DNA of 64,000 nt from Camelus ferus (taxonomy: Eukaryota). Of this stretch, positions 37,354 through 50,710 are shown one piece after another. The notes beneath the pieces are model-generated. The model made no database searches, had not been told where the DNA came from, and saw only the letters and a program-made list of their open reading frames with translations. Positions within the stretch are counted from its first letter, which is position 1, and each line of letters begins with the position of its first letter. The translations under genes and the position numbers were made by a program. Location of the stretch: NCBI RefSeq assembly GCF_009834535.1, contig NC_045696.1, forward strand, positions 63,738,001-63,802,000, given 5' to 3'.

Positions 37354-39637
37354 AAAAATCCTTCAATGACTTCCCATTGCCTCCAGAATAAAATTTAAAT
37401 CCTGTGACAGTGGCAGTGGCTCCTCTGTGATAACTGCCCTGTCTTCCGTGTCGGGGTGGGAGCTCATTGGGGCAGGCGCTGTGGCTGGCACCTGGGAGGT
37501 ATTCGGGAAACAGCTGAATAATAAGCAGAGAGAGAATCCACCAAGAGGCGGGAAGCCGCGTGCTCCACAGGAGAGGCAGATTGCGTGCCCCGGACTTTCC
37601 GCAAAGGAGATGAGAGGCGGGAGAGATGCAGACTGTTTTACGGCTCTGAGGGTGGAGTTAGGATTTAGACCGGCAGACAGAGAAGCAAGTGGGAGCGGGG
37701 CAGCTGGGGAGGAAGGAAGGAGAGGGAATTCCAATAAAGTAAAACAGGGGCAGGACAGGGACAGTGAAGGAATGCGGGTCAGTAAGGAGAAACGCCAGGC
37801 CGGAGGTAGGAGCAGACAAGGGTGAGCGGGGCAGACCCCGGTGGGGGCCTTGAGGCCAGACTGCGGGATGTGAACTTCTGTTTTCGCTGCATTAGGGCTG
37901 ACGTTCGGGGATGGCGGGGAGGGGAAGGGCTGAAGGAAAGTGGTGACGGAATCAACGCCCACAAATTGAGAGGGTTGGTGTTTAATTTGGCTCTTGTTGA
38001 CTTGAGTTTCAAAGGAATCCAAGTATCCCTTTTCCCCCCTTTATTTTTAAGACACTTAATTAAAGTGAACACTTGGGCCTTATAAATAAATGGTGAAGAA
38101 TGAACCAGTTTTTGTTTTCATGGGAGGTTTAAATTGGCTTGTTTTGAATTTGTAGTCACCATCCACATCCATTTTTATCTCTAGAATTCTCCCTCAGATG
38201 TGGTCTCCGCTAAGGCAATCGTGTTGATGCCACCACCCTGGACAGCTAACACTGTCTCTGCTCCGTCCTGGGCAGGAGGCCCTTCAAATGGGGACAGTGC
38301 CTCTTTGAATAGTTAGTATGCTTTTAAGTGGACAGAGACAGAGGAGGAGTTCAAGCGAAATTTTTACATAGTTTGTTCTGCTATTAAGGGCAATTAAACC
38401 TTAACTCTCTTAATTCCTGGAAGAGACAGGCGGAGACAGTATGATTGAAGGGAAAGAGCCTGTCTGAGTTGGAGAATCAGGCTCGCCTCCCACAACCCTC
38501 TTTCTCTCTCGGAATTTTTCCACGTGATCTTAGGCAAGTCTCTCTCCCATCCCAGCCTCCGTTTCCCCATCTGTGGGAAGCAGGATCAGACAAGATACTC
38601 TTGAGCCCTTTCAAGCTCTGAAATGCCATGAATATCTGCACTGTTTCTCTTCTGACTTTGACTTTGCTGGGCTTGTTGGTGAGAGCATCAGAGAGCAGGA
38701 ATCCCAGATGGAGAGAAGGAAGGACTATTTTAAGGAGACAGATGACTAAGAAAACCACTAGCAAGGAGAGGGAAAAAGTCCAAAGAGCGTTGGCCTTTGC
38801 ACAGGCCTGACATTTTTATGGGGCTTTGCTGGCCTTGGACCACGAGCTGCCCACACACATACAGGGGCACCCCACAGCAGCCACTGAATGCTGCATTGTG
38901 GCACTGGGACCCACGGGCCAACCGCCGTTGTTTGCAGTCTCCGTTGAAGCAGGGGGAGCAACCGGCCCGGCTTGTCAACTCACATCATCGGGCTGGGCCT
39001 GCCTGGGTCCAGCAGGGAGACCTCCCAGGGAGACTGGGAGCAGAGGAAATCAGGTTGGAAATTCACTGACAACCCACACTTGACCCCACGGAAAGTGCTG
39101 GTTTGGGCTAGAAGGAAGGGCACAATTTAGGTTGGCCAGGCTGTCCTGTTCAATCAGACCATGGAAAGCCACAAGCATTGAGTTAAGCCTCCTAGCAAGG
39201 GCTGAGTCCTACGTGGTGAGATGTCCACCGTGGAGCGGGCCCAGGGCACACAATGACAAAAACATATGGCCTCTGTCCTTGCTGAACTGGGAGTCTAGTA
39301 GGAAGAGCAGACATGCCAACAATTTGTCACCATCTGCCTTGCTAAACGTCACACTTCAGATGGGTTAGGAGGAACACCGAAAATCTAGCAACTGATTCTG
39401 AGAGATGGTGGTGGGAGAGGAAAAGGGTCATGGAAAAGGGTCATATAAAAGGGGAAATGCCCTGAGTTTTGCAAGCTCTTTGAGAGTCACCCAGGTGGAA
39501 GAGAAGGGGTGGGCAGGAGCATTCCTGGCTGAATGCCCAGCAGGTGTGCAGACCTGGAAGTGTGAGAATATGGCCAGTTTGAAGAACTGCAAATAACTCT
39601 CAGATGCTAGTGGATAGTGGCAAGGAGGGCCTGGGAC

Positions 39638-40088
39638 TTTTGCAGGGTGAATTGTGCCTCCTCAAAAAGTGTGTTGAAGTCCTAACTCCAGCTACTTATG
39701 AATGTGGTCTTCTTTAGAAACAGGGTCTTTGCAGACGTTATCAAGTTAAGACGAGGTCATAGCAGGGACGGGGTCCTAATTCAGTGACTGGTGTCCTTAT
39801 AAGAAGAGGAAAATTTGGGCACAGGGACAATTTCATGCAAAGATAGAGACAGAGACTGGGGTGATGCATCGAAAAATCAAGGAACATCTAGGATTGCCAG
39901 CAGTCATCAGAAGCTAGGAGACAGGCGTGGGACAGATTCTCCCCCTGTATCTCAAAGAAGGAATCAACCCCGCCGACACCTTGATCTCAGACTTCTGGCC
40001 TCCAGAAGTGGGAGACAATACATTTCTATTGTTTTAAGCCACTCAGTTTGTGGTGATTTGTTATGGCAGCGCTAGGAAACTCATACTG
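39638..40088 (+). mobile_element. MaLR solo LTR (MLT1B/C-like)
   Basis: gaattgtgcctcctcaaaaag...cagggtctttgcagacg...gacaccttgatctcagacttctggcctccagaa...gttttaagccactcagtttgtggtgatttgttatggcagc. Confidence 0.9.
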
Positions 40089-40799
40089 TGGGCTTGTGAG
40101 CCACTCCGAGCTTCTACTTGTCAGTAGCCTATGATGTCCCTAACTTTACAGATGCTTCTCACGGAACTATCCCAATGACTTGAAAATTCCCATGCCCAGC
40201 TATCCAGGCATATATCCTTCTTATACCTGGTAACTGATGACAGTCTTTAATCAGAATGTGTGTCCTGATTTTCATGTCTTTTTTTTTTCTTTTGTTTTTT
40301 CTCTTTTTTTAAATTCAGAGTCATATTGTGTGAGGTTGTTACTGCCAAATGTTCTTGCCAGTTTTCCTGATTCACCATCTTTTCCTTGAGATTTCCAGAG
40401 TTAGACTGCTTGCAAAGTTTGACAAATGACCTTCGGCTCCTTGCAAACTCATGTGGAGTCCCACTGGACTATCTAGTTTGCAGACCTGCATTTCCAATGC
40501 TATCTCAGTACAGCAAATCTCCTCATGATATTTCTAGGGCAGGGCCCACCTCCCAAGCTTCCTTCGGATCCTGTAGAATGAAGGTCCCATCCAGGATGTC
40601 TGCTCCTTGTTGGTGGATGGGGAAACTAAAGTTGAGTAAGAGGCCCTTAAGAAGCTAGCAGTCTGTTGGAGGCTAGGCTTGGGAGAGGGCCATAAAGACC
40701 AAGTGGTTTTAGTACATCATGGTTACTGGCTCAGTAGATGGGTCCACGGGGTGCTTTAGAGCCCAGAAGAGAACGCATGATCTGCAATCCTCAAAGAGC

Positions 40800-40950
40800 T
40801 AGATGCACATTACCATCCTCATTTTAAAGGTGAAGAAACTGAGGTTTAAGAGGTGAACTAAGTAACTCACTCAAGGTCATTCAGCTAGCAAGTGACAGAA
40901 CCACAGCTTGAACTTAGGCTGCCTGACCCCAAGATCACACACGGTGCCTC
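40800..40950 (-). mobile_element. MIR SINE
   Basis: atcctcattttaaaggtgaagaaactgaggtt...aagtaactcactcaaggtcattcagctag. Confidence 0.8.
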
Positions 40951-41171
40951 CACAAAACCAGGCTGACTGATGCCAAGGACTTGTTTTATTAAAGTAGGCA
41001 CTTAAAAATATTCATCGTTTTTTTTCCCCCATATTGTTTTTGCCCTGTCAAAAACATTTAGTGAGAAGATAAAGATTAAAATCACTAAGGTTGCCAATAA
41101 CCCAGTGAGTTCTGTTCTTAACTTGCTTGACCTTCCTGAGGGTTGACCTTACCTCCTTCTTGAAACTCTTT

Positions 41172-41215
41172 CTTCCCTTCCCTTCCCTTCCCTTCCCTTC
41201 CCTTCCCCTCCCTTC
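41172..41215. repeat. (TTCCC)n pentanucleotide repeat
   Basis: cttcccttcccttccc... run. Confidence 0.9.
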
Positions 41216-41754
41216 CATAATGTCATGTTGGGCTGGTGTATTTTCTTCCTCTTTGAATGTTTTTTTTCAACTTACTCTTTTTCTAACTCCTTCCTTAAGG
41301 CTCTGCCCTCCATCCATTTTTAATTTATCACCCTGCATACTATGTTCAGGAAAAGTCTGCCTGCTCCAATTATTTCAATTACATTCCTGGTCATGTTTTC
41401 CTCATTTGTTTCTTGTTGATTTCCACATCTCTGTATCTAACACTGACCCCTCTTCTGAGCCCCAGATTTACATACCCAGTGCTCTCACAACCACCTCCAC
41501 GTGAAACCCTCACAAACACCTCAGAGTCACCGTCTGCATACCTGATGTCATTACCTTTTCCCCCAGGTGCCACCTCCTCTGCTCCATATCCCCCGGTTGG
41601 CCAAAACATCCTTCTTCTTTATCCTCCATCATTTGATCAATTCCTAAATTTTCTCCATTCTACCTCCTAAATATCTCTCAAATATGTCTGCATCAGCTAT
41701 TCCCACAGTTACCACCTTGGGTCTGTCGCATCTTTTCTATCTGAATGATTATTT

Positions 41755-41920
41755 TTTAAAAATGTTTTTTGGTTGAAATAATTTTTAATTTATAAAAAAA
41801 AAAAGTTGCAAGGGTAGTACAGAGAGTTCCTGTATACCCTTCACCCAGCTTCCTTCATGTTAGCATCTTGCATAACCATGGTACAGTTATCAGAACAAAG
41901 ATATTGACACTGTGTACTGA
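41755..41920 (-). mobile_element. L1MC/MD-like 3' end
   Basis: ttgaaataatttt...aagttgcaagggtagtacagagagttcctgtatacccttcacccagcttcc. Confidence 0.75.
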
Positions 41921-44065
41921 ACGATTTTTATGGCTTCCGTGACAGATACTCCTGGTTGCCTGGTTGCCTATTTGCCTCCCCAGAATCTTTTTCCCCCTCT
42001 TACTAGCTGGAAATGGAAATGTGTCCACCTCCAGAGGATGGATCAAGATAGGTCCACTTTGACTAACTTCTGCTCACCCATCATCATCAGCTGACTCCCC
42101 TAGATCTGATGAAGTGATCCTCCCAGACGCTCCCCTAACAGCCTGCTCTTTGTCCACAAACACCGGGTTATAACTGTATTCGTCTGTCATTCCCAGCAGG
42201 CACTCAGTAATTATTTGTGATATGAATGGATGAATGAGACCAGGATGGCTGGAGCTATAAGCTTGCAGTTGGCCATCAGAAGGCTGTCCTCTATGAATCG
42301 AGGAGTTTGAACAACTATTGGGGACCCAGATTCCTTTAAAACACAGAGGCCAGTCCCAGTGCAGATGGACCCTAATGCTATTTCTGTCCTCACTCTGACC
42401 ATCCTGGTGATGAAGGGCAGGGCTAAGCCTGGTGTCACAGCCTCCTTGAATGTCTTGTCTGGGAGAGAGGCTTGAATCCAATGGTTCCCAGACCTAGTTG
42501 GCTGACTCAGAGCTCCCAGGGATGGAGCCTGGCAATCTGCCTGTTTAACAAGCTTTCCAGGTGAGACAGTGCACTGCAGGAGCCTGGCTCCAGTCCAGCA
42601 ACTGGAGTCTGGAAACCCCTTCTGTAGGCCAACCTGCTTATTTTACAGTGTTGAACAGTCTGATTATGAAGTTCTCTTCCAGGTCTGATTTTCTGATAGA
42701 GTATTCTTTTTCTCTCATTTCAAAATAAGCTGGTGAATCTAAATGTTTTGAATACGCATCATGGACATGCATATTATACTCCTGAAAATAGCTTTCAAAA
42801 GTCACATATGATAGCAAATAACTCCAGTTTATTAATCCTAACCTTTTTTATTCTAAACGTCATTTTTTTTTACAATGTAATATCAAAGATTTTGATTTTA
42901 CAAATCTGCAGTAGTATTACATCAGGATCTGATGGATAAATTATATGCATTTGAATCTTAATTTAGCTTTGTAATCATAATCAATTTCCACCCTGGCTTT
43001 TGGGCACTGGTTAGCCTTTATTTCTACATATAGCATTTACTGATTTTTATTACTGGAATATAATATAGATTTTTGGTCCAAAATAGGTTAGTCCTAATGT
43101 TCACGCCTCTCTAGAATCATATATCTCTGTCTAAGTAAGCCAAATTGCAGTAGATTTTCCACTCTTTAAAATACCTAATATTCTGTAATGGTTTGGCTGG
43201 TTACTGGATGGAAACAGAAACACCATATGTCGTACCCTCTCCTCCCCTCTGCTCTCCCTCCTTAGACACAGAGAATGAAGTAAAATTCAGGAACAACACA
43301 GGCAGCCCCTCCTATGAGATCCGCACAGCTGTAGTGGATGCATGTGGGCTGGAGGGACAGCCGGGGTACAAGGGCTGACTGATCATCTCAGTACTCATGC
43401 GCCTCAGGTGAAAACAGCACAGCTTCCAAGTCTGCATCTTGTCAACAAAAGGCCCCGTTGCTGAGTGCAATCTGGGGTCGAGCAGGTGGCTAATCTCGGG
43501 AGGAGATTGAGTAAAGAAGACGTTACAGACAAGGGGCTTGCAGTCCAGTGGGGAAGAAGTTCTGGGAGTTCTAATGAACCCGGGAGTACACAGAACAATG
43601 ATAAAATTTTAAAGTTTCCAGGTTAGTTTGAATTCTTCAAAGAAAAAGAACACTGAATGTTCAACATTCGGGGGAAATGATTTCATGGTCTGTGCTGGAC
43701 ATTTCTCATTCCTTCTTCTTCACTAGTAAGTATTCATTTTCAACATTTAAGAAATAATTATGCCTTCACAGCTAATCAGATGTGCATGGAAACGCTTTGG
43801 TCATCGTTTTCCCAGGCCTCTGCTATGACATCTGTTCTATCGCACAGCACTATAGGGAGAGAACTATGACTCTCTTAGCTCATTTCCACATCCCCTGCTT
43901 CCTGTGCCTGTGATTGGAGATGAAATGGACCATCCATTGAAGGACTGAAGTTCTTCTGACGTCTCTGGATAACAAAGGGGCAAGGAGATCCTTTCTGATG
44001 TTTCGGCTTTGGGAACTCAGATTTGAAACTTGCAGCCAACGTGTCCATCAGAGTTGGAACAAGTT

Positions 44066-44121
44066 CATTTCTCTCTTCCTTTCTCCCTTCCTTTCTCCCT
44101 TTCTTTCTCTCTCTCTCTTTT

Positions 44122-44183
<62 letters not shown>

Positions 44184-44251
44184 TTTCTTCCTTTCTTCCT
44201 TTCTTCCGTTCTTTTCTTCCTTTCTCCCTTCCTTTCTCTCTCTCTCTTTCA

Positions 44252-44303
<52 letters not shown>

Positions 44304-44392
44304 CTTTCCCTTTCTTTCTTTCTTTCTCTCTTTCTTTCCCTTTCTTTCTTTCTTTCTCTCTTTCTTCTTTGTTGCTTCCTCTCTTTCTTTCT
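44066..44392. repeat. Compound (TTTC)n/(CT)n polypyrimidine microsatellite
   Basis: Perfect (TTTC)15 at 44120-44179 inside about 320 nt of near-pure pyrimidine. Confidence 0.97.
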
Positions 44393-44719
44393 ACTATACA
44401 TATTGAGCATGTATTATGTACAAAAGCACTTGCCAGACTCTTTTTTAGTTGATTCAGAAGACAGATGCAGTAAAGTGCCTACTGACAGAGGTGTGTACAG
44501 AGTATTTTGAAGGTGCCTGGGCCATCCATGCTTTTGTCCAACAATTATTTACTGAACAGTTGCCATGCTGTGTCAGAGACAGAAGTTAAAGTAGAATGAA
44601 TTCTGTTTTTAAAGACTTCACAGTCCAGTCATAACATCCTAATAGAAAGGGCTATGAAATAAGACAGATAATCTTGAATGACATAAAATGCTGATGGTCC
44701 ATCTACACATTCTTTCATC

Positions 44720-45330
44720 TGCCGTCCATTCTCCAACAAGTATTTATTAAATATCCACTGCAAAGCCAGCTCTATTCTCAGCTTCAGGGATGCAACACTA
44801 AAAACAAAAACAAAAACAAACAAACAAAAGAACCAGCATACAAACCATAAACCAAAACCTTAATAAACAAAGTTAATTCTAATAGTGAAAAGTTCTATAA
44901 AGAGAATAAATGAAAGTCATGTGATAGAGTGTTCCAGATAGAGAGGTTATGGAAGGCCTTTTGGAGGCAGGGACATTTGAGCTGAGACTGAAGGCGTGTA
45001 AAGGAGCCAGCATGTGATTATAGGGGTGAAGATATAATTCCAGACAAAGGGAATAGCAAATGCAAAAGTCCTGGGGTAGAAATAAGTTTAGTGGGTTCAG
45101 AGAACAGAAAAAAGGCCAGAGTGACTGGAATGTAATTAGCAGAGGGTGGGGAGAGGAGGGGGGTGTGGAGTACCAGATGCAGAGATCTGAGAAAGCATAG
45201 ACTGGATCACATTGTCTCTTATAGATCCAAAGACATTTGTGTCTTATTCTATGCACACTAAGAAGACTTTGAGGACTTTACTTTGGGAAGGATATATTCT
45301 GATTTATGCTGGTTTATCTTTTAGATTGCT
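44720..45330 (-). mobile_element. L2a fragment
   Basis: caacaagtatttattaaatatccactg...ggaaggccttttggaggcagggacatttgagctgagactgaagg...gcaaaagtcctgggg. Confidence 0.8.
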
Positions 45331-45379
45331 CTGAACTTCTCAGTGATTCGTATAACAAGTATACAAAAAAGCAAACAAG

Positions 45380-46447
45380 AATAGATCCAAACAACACAAT
45401 TGATATTTATATAATGTTCCACACACAATATGTGTAAAATATATATATTCTTTTCAGGTGAAAATAGAATGTTGACCAAGATGAAATATTTGCTGAGCTG
45501 TAAAACAAATCTCAATACTTTCTAATAATTGAAATCTTATAAAATGTCTTCCCTAAACCAATAAAACTAAATTACAAATCAACTGCAGTAAAATTTCTAG
45601 AAAATCACCCAAATATTTAGAAATTAAATAGCACACTTCTAAACATATGGGTCAAAAGAGGAATTACAAGAAAATCAGCGAATTTTTGAATTGATTGATA
45701 ATGAAAATATAATATATCAAAATTAATGTTGTGCAACTAAAGGAATGCTTAAAGGGAAATTTATAGTTTGTACACCTATATTAAAAAGGAAGACAGGTTT
45801 AAAAATCAATGACCTAGATTTCTAGCTTAAGAAGCTAGAAAAAGAAGAAAGCATTAAATCTGATATTAAAGAAAAGAAATAAGAAGTATAAGAGTATAAA
45901 GCAATGAAATGAAAGACACCTCAAACAGAGAAAATTGACAAAGCCAAAAGTTGGTTCTTTGAAAAGATTAATAAAATTTACAATTCCTTATTAAGATTAA
46001 TCAAGAAAAGAAAAAAGTAAACACAAATGACCCAATTTCAAGAATGAAAGAGGGGATATTCTATAAATCCTAAAGACATTAGAGGCTAATAAGGGAATAT
46101 TATGAACTCTATGTTAATAAAGCCAGTAATCTAGATCAAGTGGACAAATTCTTTGAAAGACATAACTTACCAAGCTGACTCAGGATGAAACAGAAACTCT
46201 AAATAGTTCAACTTCTACTAAAGACATTCAATTCATAATCTTAGTCAAAAACATTTCCGCAAAGATGACTCCAGGCCCAGAGGGTTTCACTAGTGAGTTC
46301 TATCAAACATGTATGAAATTAATAGTAGCAACTTTATACAAACTCTTTTAGAAAAATAGATGTGAAGATTCCATTTCTCTATTCCATCTATGAGGCTAGA
46401 ATACTCTTGATAGAAAAGCCTGACAGAGACATTTAGGAAAAGGAATA
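45380..46447 (+). mobile_element. L1M ORF2 remnant (end of endonuclease domain to pre-RT region)
   Basis: aagccaaaagttggttctttgaaaagattaataaaatt, caagtggacaaattctttgaaagac, ccaggcccagagggtttcactagtgagttctatcaaacat. Confidence 0.9.
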
Positions 46448-47379
46448 CATCCGCTTTACTCCATAGATGAGGACCCTGAAGCTCAGAGAGGTGACACAGT
46501 TTGTCCCAAATCTCAGGATTTGGAAGACGCAGAGCTGCCCAGTTTTCCAAACCCAGAATTTCTCCACCATGCTGTTTCCAAGAAAGCAGCCCCTTTACGA
46601 TCTGCAAATCACATCCTGTAGGCAACAAGGTAAGGCCACCTCGCCAGAAGTGGAGACCTGAGGACCACTCCCCCCCTTCACTACTCCCTGCTCCCACAAG
46701 AATGCACATGGGTGATTTTTGCATCCCTGACTGCCCATTCGAAACTGTGTTGTGACTCTTCCTACTTACAATGAAAGCTGTGTGAGGCCAACCATCTACG
46801 TGTGGTTATAGAAAAAAACCCTCCCATATTACATCTGGTTTTGCCATTTGCACCAATAATCCTGTCTAACCCATTATGTATTGCTTTGGGTAACAGATAC
46901 GGCACAGAAGGAGTGCTTAAAAGTTTTAACAGGAAAGCAAGTCACTGCCAGAGAAGATAACAGCAGGATAAATAGCAGCAGAGTGACAGCAAAACTGCTC
47001 AGTTTTTATCTATGCCTAGGGTCGGGGACTATTTAAATTGAAACTTCAGTGCTATTAATTAATATTCAAATGACTAACATGTCCTGGATTTGATCCAGCA
47101 TCAGAACTTGAAATAACTGCCTCTGTTCCTCTGTGACCTGGTAGTCTTGATTTCCTGGGTATGAATTTAGCAGTGGGCCACTGGCCAGGATGTGGGGAAT
47201 TATTCCACAGTGTCTATTGTGATCGCTATGAATCTTCATCACCTAGTCTGGCTGGGAAACATGCTTAGGGCAGGCCGTCATCTCACAGCCTTGACATCTA
47301 ATCTTGCTGTCTTGTCTAGCTGAGTCTATCTCTAAGTATCTCTCAGCTTGGCTTCCTCTCCTCTTTCCCCTCTGTCCTT

Positions 47380-48300
47380 GTCCTGGTCTTTTCCAAATTT
47401 AAACTCTCCAAACTGAATCCTCAAAGGACCCACCGTACCTCCTCCTGCACAGTCTTGCTCATCTCAGTTAAAGACCATCCCTTTCATCTTGTTGCACGGC
47501 CAAAACTTGGGGGTCATAGTGAACGCTCCCTTTTCTCTCTGCCCTACATCCAATCCAGGCAGCAAATCCTGTCGTCTCTATCTGCACAAGCAAGCCAGAA
47601 TTCATACAGCTCACTGCCTCTGTGTCCTGCACCCTGAAGCAAATCTCCCTGATTTCTCGCCAGGATCATTGCGAGAGCCCCCTGGCTGGTCTCTCTGCTT
47701 CCTCCCTTGTTCTGCTACTATTCAAATAGCAGCCAGAGGACTCCTGTTAAAACCCAGAATCCAGATCACGTAACTCCTGTGTGCAAAATCTGTAACTGTC
47801 ACCCTGCTCAGAGTAAAGGCAAATTTCATTACAGTGGCCTCAAAAGTCCTCCTCCATCTGGCCCTTCCCCAGCTTCCAATACCCATCTCTCCTCTCCTCC
47901 AGTGCTTCCTCCAGCCCAGCCACACTGGCTCCGTCCATGCTCTGGGCAAGATTCTGTCTCAGAACCTTGGTGCCTGCCACTCCCTCTGCCTGGAAGACTC
48001 TACCCCGATGGGTCTGCATCGCCCTGTTTCTTTTAGATTCCTTACCACTTATCATGTTGCTGACCACCCAACAATAATACCCTCTTCTCTCACCCTTCCT
48101 ATCATTTCTTCCTGCTTCATTCTTTTCTAACAGAACACACATAACTATATGCTTATCTAGCAATTTTTTATTTATAGCCTGAATCCCTAAATTGAATGTA
48201 ATCTCCTTTAGGTCTGATCTTTGTTCATTCTATTCACTGCGGTGTCTACAGTGCCCGATACATAATAGTCGTTTCATAAATATTTATTAAATGAGTGAAT
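47380..48300 (+). mobile_element. L2a long fragment
   Basis: atctcagttaaagaccatcc...aaacttgggggtcat...cagtgcccgatacataatagtcgtttcataaatatttattaaatgagtgaat. Confidence 0.85.
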
Positions 48301-48447
48301 AAAGGAATATCTTCTCTAGCCTTGTCTTCCAGAGATCCCTCCCACTAAACACTAGCTTTTAAATGATGATGATGATGATAACGATAATAAATGTTTCTTG
48401 AAAAAAAACTTTGCTATACACAAAAGTTTAAAAAAACAGAGATAACT

Positions 48448-48584
48448 TAAATTAGGAGTACGGGATTAATAGATACACACTACTATATATAAAGTAGATA
48501 AACAACAAGGATTTACTGTATGGCACAAGGAAATACATTCAATATCTTGTAATAACCTATAATGGAAAAGAACTGGAAAAAAGA

Positions 48585-48617
<33 letters not shown>

Positions 48618-48711
48618 TATATGTATGTGTAACCAAATTTCTTTGGTTACACCTGAAGCTAACACCACATGGTAAATCAACAGCCCTTCAATAAAAATTC
48701 AATTAATTTTT
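48448..48711 (+). mobile_element. 5'-truncated cetartiodactyl L1 3' end
   Basis: Perfect 16-bp TSD aaaaacagagataact (48432-48447 and 48712-48727); gattaatagatacacactactatatataaagtagataaacaacaagg; internal (TA)n(CA)n. Confidence 0.92.
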
Positions 48712-49529
48712 AAAAACAGAGATAACTGTCATTAACAGATTTATATATACAACATATCGATTAAAACAAGCAAACCCAAAAAGAACATAGGCAAAGCATG
48801 TGCAAAATACATCAGCACAGAGTGAAAAAAGAGTTCATTGGATTCCAAGGTCTGTGAATTTATAACAACAATGGCTCCCTGGCCTCAACAGCTTCCCAGT
48901 GGTGATGTCACAGGCAAGAAACCAGATGTTGGGTTTATTGTTCAACACTTCATGGTGATATGGGTGGGGATGCGTTCAGCCATCCCCTCAAGGTCCTGCC
49001 TATTAAAGGTTCTGATCATTTGGCAAGAATAGGAAGCATTGCCTGAACTGCACAGTGCCTATTTGGACTCCTCATTAGGAGAGAGACTGCTCCAGTGCAA
49101 GTGCTTGCTCAGGCCCGGGATGTTTCCGGGGAAAGGAAATAGCTAAGTCTCCTCAGTGCCGTTTGCCTCTCCGTGTGTCTGAGATTGCCAGATGCCGCAG
49201 GACACAGGTGCATGGGATGGTCTCGCTTCCCAAGGCCTTGTTATCTTTCAAGCTGTGTTGGGACATCTCATGAATTCAAGATGCAGGTTTCTCCCCACTT
49301 AGAACTTCCTTCATGTCCCTCATAAAAGTGGAGTTTGTATCTGCAGACGACCTAAATGCGTCTTTCTGCCCCACCCATTATGCCCCATAGACACTCCTAC
49401 AAGTCAGGCAGTCAGTCACTCCATTAGAGACAGGCAAGCCAGGCTCTCTAATGGTCCTGGTTGGCTTCATTTGCCTTGTAGCACCTCCTCTGCCCTCAGC
49501 ATCCCCTTCCCTCACCCTCAGCCTCTAAT

Positions 49530-49720
49530 CTACTGGTTCTCATAGTCGAACATGCATCAGAATCTCCTGGAGGGCTTCTTAGAGCACAGCTTCCTGGGAC
49601 CCACCTCCACAGCTTCTAACTCACTAGCCCTGGGACGGGTCTGGAGGTTTCCCATGTCTATCCAGTCCCCCGGTGCTGCTGCTGCCGCTGCTCCAGGGGC
49701 CACGCTCTAAGACCCACTGT
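49530..49720. mobile_element. MER5A-like MITE
   Basis: ctggttctcatagtcgaacatgcatcagaatctcctggagggctt...gccacgctctaagacccactg. Confidence 0.75.
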
Positions 49721-50249
49721 TTACTTCAACCCTATCCACACTCCCTCTTTTATCCACCTCCTCTCCATTCTCACCGCCACTGGCTTAGGGTCCTCACTGA
49801 TTTCTCAGCTTTTAAACTTTAAACATAATATTTCAAAAAAGTGAAGTAACAGGCTCAAAGTCACACAGCTAGAAGGTGGTAGATCTGGGGTCCAACCTCA
49901 TGACCCATGCAGCATAGAACAGAGATCCAACCCAACACCCTGCCAGAGGCCCTGGTGCCCAGAGGACAGGCCCTGCCCAGGGAAGAGGCAGGAGGAGGCT
50001 GGTGGGGCGGCCGGGACTGAGACCCAGCTCCCTTGATTCCTAACACTCTCTTCTTCCCATTTCCATTTAACTTCTCTCAGGAGCACCTCCTATGGGCCAA
50101 TGTGAGAGCGTCCCTTCACGCAGTCAGACACATCTGAGTGTCTGCCATGTAGCAGGCACGGTCCCCATCACTAGGGACACCACAGTCAGCAACGTTGGTC
50201 ATTTGCCTGTCCTCATGAGCTCCTAGTCCAACGCAGGAGGTAGACATGG

Positions 50250-50710
50250 TCAAATAACTGTGCACAGAATTAAAGTTGACTGTTTTGGGGGAGTATAAAG
50301 GAGGGATTTGTGGTGCTCTCAGCACACATAAAAGGAGAATTTAATGTAGACAAGGGTGTGAAGGAAATTTTCCCCAGGGGAGTGACAAGCAGGTGCATGT
50401 CTAAAGGATGGCAGACGTTAACAATGCGAAGAGGGGAAGCAAAGGCATTTGGTGGGAGGAGCAGCCTGTACAAAGGTCCAGTGGTAAGAGGGACCCTGGT
50501 GGTTCCAAGGAAAGAAAAAAAAAATCAGTATAGCTAGAGCAAGAAGAGTCAAGGGCCAGGGAGACAGGGAGCCACCGGGTCGGCAAAGACCAATAGGGTG
50601 CATTGGGAGGTTTAAACTGTTAAGAACAATAGGAATGCACCATGGGGTATGAAGCAAGGAGAGATGGCATCATTAGATTCTCTTTTCTGAAAGATACAGA
50701 TGGTTGTCAT
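50250..50710 (-). mobile_element. L2 fragment
   Basis: ggcagcctgtacaaaggtccagtggtaagaggg...gaagcaaggagagatggcatcattagattctcttttctgaaagat. Confidence 0.65.

Noticed and set aside
43875..44510. Overlapping F/L/S-rich and K/E/R-rich ORFs
   Set aside because: Translation artefacts of the (TTTC)n microsatellite
11077..46447. L1 pieces at 45380-46447 and 11077-12692 as one split element
   Set aside because: They overlap by roughly 85 nt of ORF2 with diverged sequence and are in reversed order, so they are independent copies
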